From contig OU015568.1 of NCBI GenBank assembly GCA_907165135.1, forward strand, positions 1,240,001 through 1,304,000: a stretch of 64,000 bases of DNA, written 5' to 3'. Of this stretch, positions 1 through 10,700 are shown piece after piece. The translations under genes were made by a program, and so were the position numbers. The stretch is from Oikopleura dioica (lineage: Eukaryota; Animalia; Chordata). Below the pieces are notes generated by a model, which had not been told where the DNA came from, searched no databases, and saw only the letters and a list, made by a program, of their open reading frames with translations. Position 1 is the stretch's first letter; each line of letters begins with the position of its first letter.

Positions 1-617
1 CGAATGAATGATAAGAATTTTAAACAGAATTATTTGCCGCATTTTACAATCGATATTCTCTGGCTTGATGGATATCAAATAGATGATCAGTTAATGCACT
101 TTCAGACTAATGTTTGAAGTTATTTTTTTAAGTAAGATTAAATTATCACTAGGAATTTGTACGAGAAAAAGATCTTCAAGCTGTAAGATTTGCACCTAAT
201 TGGGTATATCACACAGTTTCTTCTGATGGCCCCGAAGATGATCGTATTTATACGAATCCATACAAGGCAAGGATCCTTAAGTTAGTTACTCAGATATCAG
301 ATCAAGTAGATCCATCTACAGTTCACTTTTTTCCAGAAGGGAGGCTATCTCAAATCGGCACCTGGGTTTTCTAAAGCGCAATTTATGTGCATGAAGGTGC
401 CATCGAATGCCAAAAATAATTCAACTGATCTCTTTTTCAGGTGATCGAAGAATATCCTGCTATTGAAAAATTTCGAATGATTGAAACAAAAATAGAAAGA
501 AATGGAAATGATGCTCTAAGTGAATCTGATCGAAATTTTGTGATTGCTATTTCTCTTGTTATCTGTGCATTTTTCTCGATTTCATCATTTATTGGCTTCT
601 ACGTAAATAGCGAATAA
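1..617 (+). CDS. 3' part of a type I membrane protein with a C-type-lectin-like segment; paralog of the gene at 17179-18817
   Basis: Exons read LPHFTIDILWLDGYQ ... FMCMK / VIEEYPAIEKFRM ... hydrophobic VIAISLVICAFFSISSFIGFY then TAA at 615-617. The same blocks (DILWLNGYQ, MCMKV, VIEEYPEIEKFR, C-terminal TM) occur at 17179-17930 on the minus strand. Runs off the window start. Confidence 0.55.
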
Positions 618-692
618 AAAACAATTGAGGAAGAAAATTTATTTGAATAGGATAATATGAAAAGTGTCAAGTCTGAACAGTCATTCAGTTAT

Positions 693-1843
693 TTATAAGC
701 TAACATCGTCTCGTTCCTTCGCAGGTGCAGATTCGTACGGCCAGTGCGCAGCAATAGCGAATTGGTATGTCAACGCTCCAATAAATCCTCCGATCAAGGG
801 ACCAAACAATGGCACCGTAAAGAATCCGTCCCAAAGGGTCGCGTCGCCGGAATAGAAGATGGTTGCGAAGAGTCTGGGGCCGAAATCACGTGCTGGATTG
901 ATCGCGCCACTGAAAATTAAAAGATTTGTTGAACAATAAGCGAAGAAACAAGTTTCGTATTTTCTTAGATAAAATCACTTACCCGCCATTAGCACCGTAA
1001 GCAAGGCCAGAAACAGCAGCAGCCATGCCGATCAAAAATGGAGCAAGCCCTCCTGGGTTCACATTTTGACCGTCGATCACCATGAAAATGACTGTGATCA
1101 GGATCCAAGTTCCGATGATTTGATCGATGAAGAGGGTTCCCTAAAATTGGAATGAAAGAAGAGAATAATCATTTTTTCTTACCATGCCAGGGTTGAAGTC
1201 GCCAGAAGGTCCAGTTACGTACAGTCGAGCCAAATCAGTAGCTTATGAAATAAACTTACATGTTTCTCCCTTTTAATAGGTACCTGTATAATTCATTTTG
1301 TCAACCAGATGAGCTTCAAGATCAGCATAGGCGGCAGAAACGAGGAAACAACTGGTAAACGCGCCGAGTATTTGGGAAAGAGAGTAAACAAAGAACATCT
1401 TTAAATTTTCCCCGAATGTGTTTCCTGAAGAAGTTGCTTAAATATGATTTGTTAACAAAAATACCGAGTTTTCCAAGGGTGAACATCGCCATCGTAACAG
1501 CTGGATTAATGTGCCCCCCTGAAACTCCGGCCGACGCATAGACTCCAAACGCTACTGCGAATCCAAATGCTAAGCAAACTCCAAGCGTTCCTATAAAAAT
1601 CATCAGTCAACTTATCTACCTTAAATTCTCAGTGTCGAATCAAGTTGGAATGCTAGAAAATTAACCTGTCGCTGCGATTTGAGCTTCATGAACGGCTCCT
1701 AATCCGATGAGGCATAAAATGAAAGTACCGAAGAATTCAGCAAGCGCAACTCGCAAGTAGATATTCTCCGTCCCGAAGAATCTCTTCAACCTGTTCTCTG
1801 AATATTTTTCTAGTTCGAGCACTTTTTCAATATTCTTACCCAT
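693..1843 (-). CDS. Aquaglyceroporin (AQP3/7/9-like MIP channel), multi-exon
   Basis: ALAEFFGTFIL, SGGHINPAVT and GAINPARDFGPRLF (second NPA followed by RD, the glyceroporin signature); ends HWPYESAPAKERDDVSL-TAA at 693-695. Confidence 0.92.
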
Positions 1844-2327
1844 TCTGAGCCGGTAAAGATAAAGCGCTAATACTCTCTGAGCTTCAAACTGTCAGGACAC
1901 AAATCGGTGCCACTTTCGGCGCTCAATATATACTATTTTTACGACGGTTTGAAATTTGCGAAATGCGTGGAGAGAATCCTCTCACATTCTTTCTTTCAAA
2001 TTCTTCGCTTTCAAGAACTGACCACACACATCATTGTAGCGGGGATATATTTGATCTGCATCAAGGCGTGTGTACTTTTTTCAAGCGATTTAATTTGAAT
2101 TAAAAACTTTGAACAAGCTCGTTTCTTTCAAACTCGTGCGCGTTTCATTATTTGCTTGATCGCCAGACATCAGTAAAACCGCGCTAGAATCACCGAAGAT
2201 CAACGACCATATAAAAAAACCTCAGCGATTTCGCGGTCGATGGAGAAAACTCGGTCATTTACCCTGAAGTCAAAACTGTTGGCAAGATATTTTCTGCACA
2301 GCAAATTTCGTTAAACAAATCAAAAAA

Positions 2328-3438
2328 ATGAGTGAAAAAGACATTTCTGAAGATAATGAACACTATGCTAGAAGACTTGCAAAAGAAGTTTCTAGAGAGG
2401 AAAGGGCCAATTTTTAAACATTCACCTTTTTGTTGACAAAGCTCATAAGCCCCCGAAAGATCGCGGAAACGACCGAACGAGTACTCGAGAAAGACAAAAG
2501 AATAACACAACGAGAGCCTAATTTTTTAGGAACTCTTCCTAGAAGTCAAAGCGCTCTGAATCTCGGAAAGGATCGAGACCGCTGCTTTCTAAGAAATCCG
2601 TTCTACGGCGCGGCATTCGTTCTAGCGCTCCTTGTTCTCGGAGCAATCACGATTTCTATTTTGAATAACGAAACTAAATTTGAACGAGAAAATAAAGTTC
2701 AATCAAATGAGTCCGGAGAAAATGGGCTGTTCTGGTATCTGGACAGAAAATGCAGGACAAGAGTTGATCCGAGTTTTTTCGTCGAGCTTTCTACCGACCG
2801 CTTTGGAATGTCTCTTGGATGTTCTGATGAGGAGTTGATTGTCGTTGAACCAGAGGTCTTCTCTCGACGACATCGATGGCTCGTCAAGTTGAAAGCGTGG
2901 TTTCCAAGTTTCGATGAGGATTCCTTGTTCACCGTGATAATGGTCGACCCAGGTTCGTGGAAGAACTTGGCCATTAAAAACTAATGTACTAGATGTCCCC
3001 TCTGTTGAAGACCAAAACTTGCGATATTTCCTTCATTGGGCTGTGGTCAATATTCCGATGCCGCTGATCAATTATTCAGGAACCGGGTTCAAGATCAATT
3101 CAATTAAAAACGTCTAAAGCCGGAAAAGATCAAACCCCAAGAAAGACCATCAAACTCCATCATTTCCTCCTCAACTTGATCTGTCAACCTGCGACGCTGG
3201 TAACAGCTTCAACTGCACCAACGCCATCGAATACTTCCCCCCGAATCCTCCTCTTGGGACTGGGCAACATCGTTATCAATTCCTGCTTTTCTGGCAAAGT
3301 GCAAGACTTACTGAGGATGATATTAAAAGAACCTTTTCAAAGGGAGATTCCGAAAGAATAAAATTTGATCCTGAAGTATTGAAATTTGAGTTGAAAATGA
3401 GTTTTACTGCTTCTACATCTTTCAAATGCGGTCACTGA
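2328..3438 (+). CDS. PEBP/RKIP-family protein with an N-terminal cytoplasmic tail and a transmembrane anchor
   Basis: Spliced model gives FTVIMVDP-DVPS...FLHWAVVNIP and YFPPNPPLGTGQHRYQFLLFWQ, the PEBP signature motifs. TM segment GAAFVLALLVLGAITISIL. Start inferred at ATG 2328. Confidence 0.8.
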
Positions 3439-3559
3439 GATCTTCCTCCTGCCATTTATCAAAATAAATAAAACCCAAAGATGTAAATTATCCTAATTTA
3501 TTCTAGCGCCAGTTCAATGAACTTTCAGGACAAACAGACTTGAACTTATTCCGCAGAAG

Positions 3560-5772
3560 TTATTCTTTGTGCTTGCTGATTCCTCCCTTATTGAAGTCGG
3601 CCATGAGGGCGCTTCGGTAAGCTTCGAGTCCACCTTCGATTCGTTTGACAGTGCCGTCCTGGCAGTTCCAGACTTCGTTACAGGCAACTACAACAAATGT
3701 TAAACAAGCAGGGTGCAAAAACAGACCTGATATGAGCCGCTCGTCGTGAGAAACCAAAATGACGCCTCCCTTAAATTGCTTGAGCGCTTCAGCCAAAGCA
3801 GCGACAGTTTCAACATCCAAGTGGTTTGTCGGTTCGTCAAGAACCAGCAAATGCGGCTGGGCGAATCCGAGCTTGGCAAAGGCAACTCGCGACTTCTGAC
3901 CTCCAGAAAGGACGTTCATTTTTCTCGTAGCCACATCTCCGGTGCATCCGAAACCGCCGAGAATTCTTCGGTATTCTTCAGCAGTCTTCCCAGGTTTGAA
4001 ATCACGAAGCGTCTCGATAGGGGTAAGCGAGAGGTCGAAGTCTTCAATGTGGTGCTGTGCGAAATAGGCGATTCGGCAGTTTCGGTTGTGCGTTACGTAG
4101 CCTTTCGTCGGCTCCAGCTTGCCAAGAAGCAGCTTCAATAGGGTCGATTTACCGGCTCCGTTCTCGCCGACAATGGCGATTCGGCTCTTGGAATCGCAGC
4201 TCAAGTCGATACCCTAAATTCATCATTTCAAAAAAAAATAAAATAAGCGCTATTACCTTGAAAATCTGACGAGAGCTGCTGTAAGCAAACTCGACATTGT
4301 CCATTTGAAGAAGAGTTCCATTGATTCTCTCTTCGGCCGGCGCGTTGAAGCCGAACTTGACGACCTCTGGTGGCTCTGGTGGGTAAAGGACAGGTAGTTT
4401 TTCCAAAATCTTGATCTTTGACTGGACTTGAGCGGCGCGATTGGCATTGTATCGGAATCGGTCAATGAAGACTTGGATGTGATCTCTTAAAATGAAAGTT
4501 TTACAATCTGAATCACTGTATTTGATAGTACCTGTAGCTCTTTTGAGCCTCGTAGTCTCTGAGTTGTTGCTTGTGTCTCTCTCCTCTCGTCTTCTCGAAG
4601 GTGTCATAGTCGCCTTTGTAGTAATACAGAGTCCTTGAGCTCAGATGAATGATGTCCGTGCAAACAGAGTTCAAATAACTCCTGTCGTGAGAAACCGTCA
4701 ACAAGGTATTCGGCCAGTTCTGAAGACGGCTTTCGAGCCACAAAACGGCTCGCATGTCCAACATGTTTGTCGGTTCGTCAAGCAACAACAGATCAGGCTC
4801 CATCAACAGCGCCTGCGCGAGAGCAAGTCGCATTCTCCAACCGCCAGAAAACTCCTTCGTCGTCATTTGCTGCATCTTCGTAGTGAAACCGAGACCGTTG
4901 AGAATTTCGGCAGCTTCGGACGGCTTTGAATCCGCGTCGATTTCCTCTAATCGCTCGTGGACGACTAACAATCTGTCATTATCCGCTCCCGATGCGCCAA
5001 GATCATCTGCTTCTTTGAGGAGATTGGTTCGCTCGGTCAGGACGCCAAGGACGGAGTCGAGGGCGGTCGTATCATCTCCAACGACTTCTTGTTCTACGTG
5101 GAGAACGGTGATATTGGACGGAAGCGACAGCCCCCGGGAATCGAGAGCTCGTAGAAGAGTAGATTTACCGGCACCGTTTCGGCCGACAAGCCCATATCTT
5201 TTTCCTTGGGCGAGATTGAGCTCCGCATTTTGGATCAACTGCTGGGCGCCGAAGGTCAAGTCGAAGTTTTCGATCAAAATATCGCCGGACATAGAAATTC
5301 CCGGCTTCGATTTGGCCTGGGAAGCGACGGCTTGTTCCTTGACCAGCGCTTCTTTTTCCTTGTTCTTTTCAGCTTCTTCCTCAGCTTGCCGTTTAGCAAG
5401 CTTCGCTCGGGCTTTCTTATCAGCTTTCGCGGATTCCTTGGCGTTGTAGTTTCCACGGAGCTCGATGTCGGTGACGAGGAGTGAGTCGAACTCAGATGTG
5501 TCGACTGCGCTGTCGCCGAAGACCACAGCATTGACGAGCTTGATCGGCTCGTCGCTCTTCTTGTCCATCAAGCCCCAGAGCTTCTCTGCGAGAGTATCGA
5601 CATCGTCTTGGATTGCTTGAGCGCAGTCGATCAGAAATGGTCCGATTCCATCAGCGACATCATCGGCCGAGTCAAAGCAGTCGACATCTTCGAGGACGCC
5701 GCCGAGGTAGTCCGCGATGTCATGGTCCAGTTTTGGGTAGAGCTCTAGAACGTGCTCTAGGAGGTTCGACAT
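3560..5772 (-). CDS. ABCF3: ATP-binding cassette sub-family F member 3 (GCN20-like)
   Basis: Two ABC domains (GRNGAGKST / FSGGWRMR / LLLLDEPTN; GENGAGKST / LSGGQKSR / LVLDEPTNHLD), no TM segments, and the N-terminal ...LDHDIADYLGGVLED extension typical of ABCF3. Confidence 0.92.
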
Positions 5773-5903
5773 GATTGCCTGAATAAAATTTTTCTAGCGC
5801 TAAAAAAGAAAAAATACGGCCTCAGAATACAGAAAAACAAAATCAGAAGTAACATTTCTCCTCGAATTAAAAAATATTAGTTCTTCTCTTAAGGATATAG
5901 CCG

Positions 5904-6833
5904 AGGTATCGGAAGGTGAGTCGGCCACCCAGACCTGATTTTTAAAAATGATAACAGCTGCATGAGCAGCTCGGAGCTTCAAAGACCAACAATGCCAAAT
6001 GCTACCTGCTGAGTGATATAGATCTGCATCGGCCAAAGAGAACACTGACTCGAATTTGGAAATTTGATGATATATTTCAACATTTGAAATATGATATATA
6101 CATTTATACATTCAAAGATCGCAATATTTCGAAGGAAATTCGATGAGATCTGTTTCCAAGTCAGCAAATTGAGAGCAGATTTTGAGAATATTGCTAAATT
6201 ATTTAAAATATTTAAATCATTTCTCAAAACAAAAACCTTTCTAGCCAATCGTCTTCCTGTTCCAAAATCAAATCTAACAATCTTCGACAATAGTGTCTTT
6301 TTGCAACTTTCTTCTTTCGCCGACGTAACTGATTGTTGCAGACTCGATTCAAGTTTTTGACTTTGAACTGCCAAATTGTTCGAAGGGAATTACGGCCTCT
6401 CACATTTTTGTCGTGCAACGATGAGTGATAGGCCTTAGATTTTATAAAATAATAATTGCTTCAAAACTCACTTCACACATATTGTTGGTTAGGCAATAAT
6501 CACCAACCATAATGCGCTCAAAATGATTCCACTTCGATTGATTCTCCCAGTATAGTAAGACCGGAGGAGAAGAAGAACATCGACTGTAAGTGGCAGCAAC
6601 TGCAGTTTTAATCTCTTGGTACGGCGGATTAGAGAAAGGAGGCTCCATTGAAAACAGATTTTTATTTGCGAATGCGGCCCTTTTGCCCTGCACAGTACCG
6701 ATTTCCTATGCTGATTACAGTCACTTGCTCCCCTGGGCGATGATTGATAAGCCGCGTTGTGCTGAGAGAACGCTCCAGCTGTTATCATTTTTAAAAATCT
6801 GGTCTGGGTGGCCGACTCACCTTCCATTCCCCC
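5904..6833 (-). mobile_element. Mutator-like (MULE) deletion derivative inserted in the left TIR of the TTAA MITE
   Basis: 9-bp direct repeat ATATAGCCG at 5895-5903 and 6834-6842. ~60-bp TIRs (GGAAGGTGAGTCGGCCACCCAGACC...CAGCTG) at 5911-5970 and, inverted, 6776-6825. Internal transposase-like fragment. Confidence 0.7.
6112..6693 (-). pseudogene. C-terminal fragment of a MULE-type transposase with two apparent introns
   Basis: Spliced reading LLYWENQSKWNHFERIMVGDYCLTNNMCE/AYHSSLHDKNVRGRNSLRTIWQFK resembles the WN...TNNxxEgwHxxL motif after the MULE catalytic core. The N-terminal DDE region is absent. Confidence 0.5.
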
Positions 6834-7743
6834 ATATAGCCGTTCTCAAGGCACTTTCGTAGCGCCGAAATGTGGCGATAAAATTTTTTCATTTCAAGAC
6901 AGGTCCTACCTAAAATTATGTCTAGAATTCGATTCTGATGTTTTTGAAAATTTTTTTCACAGAAAATTTCTCTGTGGAGCGATTTGAAATCTTACGATCA
7001 CTTTTTCTCGAAATTTTTCTATTAAATCGCTAAAATAAAACCGTGTCTTATTATGAATAACTGCTAATCTATCTTCCTAGGGCCTCAAAATTTCAAAACC
7101 CGAGCAAATTTTCATTCTAGCGTCTTCTTCTTTTTGGCTTTTCTTTTTCATAAATGCTGCGTTCAGGGCGCTCGACCAATCAGCACGCTCTTTCACATGC
7201 GCGCCTCACCGCGCGATGGAGGAGGGCGCCCAGCGCAGCAAACCAGCGCGCTGTTTGACGCTTCGGCTTACTCAAGTAAGCCTCATAAAAATGGCTCTAG
7301 AATCATAAATAATTGGAATCTATTAAATTTAAGACCCTAGGAATGTAGAGAAAGGTCCAAATTTTTAATTTATCAAAAAAACTCGACCGATTTAATGGAA
7401 AATTCCCGAGAAAAAGTGATCGTAAGATTTAAAATTGCTCTAGAGAGAAATTTTTCCATGAAAAAATTAAAAAAAACATTAGAATCGGGTTTCTTAGGCA
7501 ATTTTAGGTAGGGTTCCTTTTGAAATGAAAAAAATTTATCGTCCCCTTTTGGCGCTACGAAAGTGCCTTGAGAACGGCTATATCCTTAAATCTTTATCTT
7601 CGAACTTCTCTTCCTTTTTGCCCGCGCCAATCAGGGGCGCCCTGATGGAAATATTCCCACGCCACCAAAAATGAAAAACCCGCACTAAATTATGAATATG
7701 CGACAAAACCATCAATTCAAGAGGTAACTTAAGAGAAAGAAGA

Positions 7744-10700
7744 ATGGTGCTGCTAATTTCTTTATTCATCGTTATTTCAATATGTAGTGGTTATTCAATT
7801 TCTTCAGCAAAGGTTAGTTCTCTTCGATTTTTTCTCCCTCCAAATTGCTCTTTAGACTTCAAACTTGACTTTCACTGCCCAGAAAAAGCTCCATTCATGC
7901 ACAAGCCTGACGCCAATCTCCATCTATTCCTGCTATTTATCCAAATTTCCCGAAGAGAACATCAACTACAGAACTAACGACGCGAAGCTCCAATGGATCG
8001 GAAATACAAGAGCAACTTATGAAGCAGAAATCGACGCTTCTTCGACCTCTAAATTTGCTTTTCTTGAGCTCAGAAGCATCGATACAGTCGGAGAAATCTT
8101 CTGGAACGGCGAGAAAATAGGACATGTCGCGAATTCTTTCAGAAGATATCTTCTCGACGTTTCTTCTCGAATCCTTCCAAAAAATCATTTGCAAATCGAC
8201 CTCTCTCCTCCAATTTCTTCAGCGAAAAAACTTGCCGAAAAGGATCAAATTCCCCAATTTCCCGAATGCCCCGTCCCGGCCCAAACGAACGGTCAATGTC
8301 ATATCAACATGCTTCGTAAAGCACAGTACTCATTTTCATGGGACTGGGGACCGTCTTTGCCCGATTCTGGCATTAACGAGGAGCCAAAGCTAATTTCTTT
8401 CGATTTCTCAATGATTTACGATGCTAAATTGAACCTGCTGACGAAATATTCCGATGTTCAGCAAACTGTTCAACTTCAACTGCTCATTCTCCATCCAAAC
8501 TCTAAAGAGGCGCCAAATGGAGAGATTCAAGTCAGTTTCGAGCCTTCTCTTCCTTTTGATTTAGGAGAAATTATCTACGAAAAATTCGAGGGTGATAAAA
8601 ACTTGTGGAAAGCAACGGCAGATCTGTCCATTTCAATCATGGACATTAACTGGTGGTGGCCACATGAGATGGGAAAACAAGACCTGTATTCTGTACAATT
8701 TTCCTGGATCCCTGAAAAAGGAGAAAAATCAACGATTGAGAAAGAATTCGGCTTCAGATCCGTCGAACTCGTTCAGGAACAACTTCCAGATGGCCGTTCT
8801 TTCTACTTCAAAATCAACGAAAAACCGATTTTTATGAGTGGCAGCAATTGGATTCCCAGCGCCTCTTCCATCGCCAGTTTCGACAACTTGTACGAAGACA
8901 ATCTTCAATCCGCCGTCGAAGCTGGAATCAAAATTCTACGCGTCTGGGGAGGTGGAATCTACGAGCAAGACGCTTTCTATTCATTGGCTAATCGTCTCGG
9001 GATCATGATTTGGCAAGATTTCATGTTCACTTGTTCGACGTACGAAAACGACTCCGAATTCTTGAATTCTGTCGAGAAAGAAGTTTCTGATCAGATTTGG
9101 CGATTGAGCTCGAATCCGTCTGTTATTGCCTGGGCTGGAAACAACGAAAACGAAGCTGCTTTGGCGACGAACTGGTGGAGTATCCCAGAAGAAAAGATGA
9201 ACCTCTATTTCGGGCAGTACCGAGATTTGTACACCAATACAATCCAGAACACTGTCATCAAAGAAGGTCTTTCATCTCCCTTTTTTCTTTCAAGCCCAAG
9301 CAATGGAAAGGAGTCGGAACTTTCGCCATTTGGAATCGCCAAGAATCCATACGACCCAAACTACGGCGACGTTCACTTCTACGATTACAAATCAGACTGT
9401 ACTGATTGGCGAAACTTCCCAAAGACTCGATTTGCCTCGGAATTCGGCTATCAGGACTAGGAGTGGCTCATGATTTTTATTTTTGACTTTTTAGCAAGTG
9501 ATAGTCGAGACAAACGAAAAAAATAATTGAATTTTAGAATGGACTTTTGGGATTGTACTGGAATTTTCTTGATTTTAAGCGGCTTCAAAATCTTATTGGC
9601 GCAGAAGTACGACCTGTATCATTCTACTGACTTTGATGTTCACAGAAACTGGCTGGCAATCACTCATTCGAAGCCGATCTCAGGAAGAGTTAATCACCTT
9701 CTGCTCAAAGAAGTGCATCTGAAAGCATGAAAAACTCTGAAAAGAATGGTATTTTGAAGCAACATCCGAGTGGACGCTTGACTACCCGCCGTTCTTTGCG
9801 TATTTTGAGAAGATTTTGTCGAAATATGCTGCGAAATTCGACCCACTTCTTGTGAAGATCCAAAAAGATCCCATTTCAACAGACTATGTTGTTCTTTTCC
9901 AGAAGATGTCAGTCGTTCTCACCGATGTTTTCGTCCTTTTTGGAGCCTATTTCTTTTGCAAGGTAATAACCGTCTTTCGAGCTTGACTCATTAAATTTTT
10001 AGAGCTTCAAATCCAGGAATAATAACTTGGAAGTGGCCTTTCTTATAATCTGCAATGCTGCTTTGTTCGTCATCGACCACATTCACTTTCAATACAACGG
10101 GATGATTATCGGACTGCTTCTTTGCTTCCTCGCAGCGTTTTTCGATGGCAAACTGAAGACTGCTGCGTTTCTTTTTTCATGTTTGCTTCACTTGAAGGTA
10201 AGATGAAGATTATTGAAGCGAGAGCTTATGAAGCTATTATTAACGAATTTTGCTCAAATATTTAGTTAGAAAATTCATGAAACCAAAATTTCAAAATATC
10301 AAATTTCTTTTATTGAAAATCGCATTTTAAATGCCATAAATTATGGCTCGTAAATCGTTTCCTAGCATCTGTTTCTCTACGTCGCTCCTTTCGTCGGAAT
10401 CGCATTTCTTCAGCAACTCAACTCTTCTCGATTACGAAGCGGTCCAAAAGCTGCTCTTAGCCAATTCATCTCGATTGCCCTCATCGTCATTTCCGTCTCA
10501 TCAGTTTCCCTCTTTCCATTTCTTTCACAACTGGACCAGCTTGTGTCTCGACTTTTTCCATTCAAACGCGGCCTGACACACTCCTACTGGGCAGGCAACT
10601 TCTGGGCCCTCTATAACTTCTTCGACCTCATCCTTGCGCGCTTTGGGGGTATGAAATCGGGCCTGACTTCTGGACTTGTCGGCGAATTTTCTCATCAAGT

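Larger units (their letters stand above)
5893..7585. mobile_element. TTAA-flanked non-autonomous DNA transposon (Kolobok-like MITE) with long imperfect TIRs
   Basis: TTAA(5889-5892)-GGATATAGCCG...CGGCTATATCC-TTAA(7586-7589). The ~200 bp arms at 6834-7030 and 7390-7585 are imperfect reverse complements. GG...CC termini with a TTAA target fit Kolobok. Confidence 0.7.

Noticed and set aside
3746-5484. Several long + strand ORFs
   Set aside because: Antisense shadows of the GC-biased ABCF3 coding sequence.
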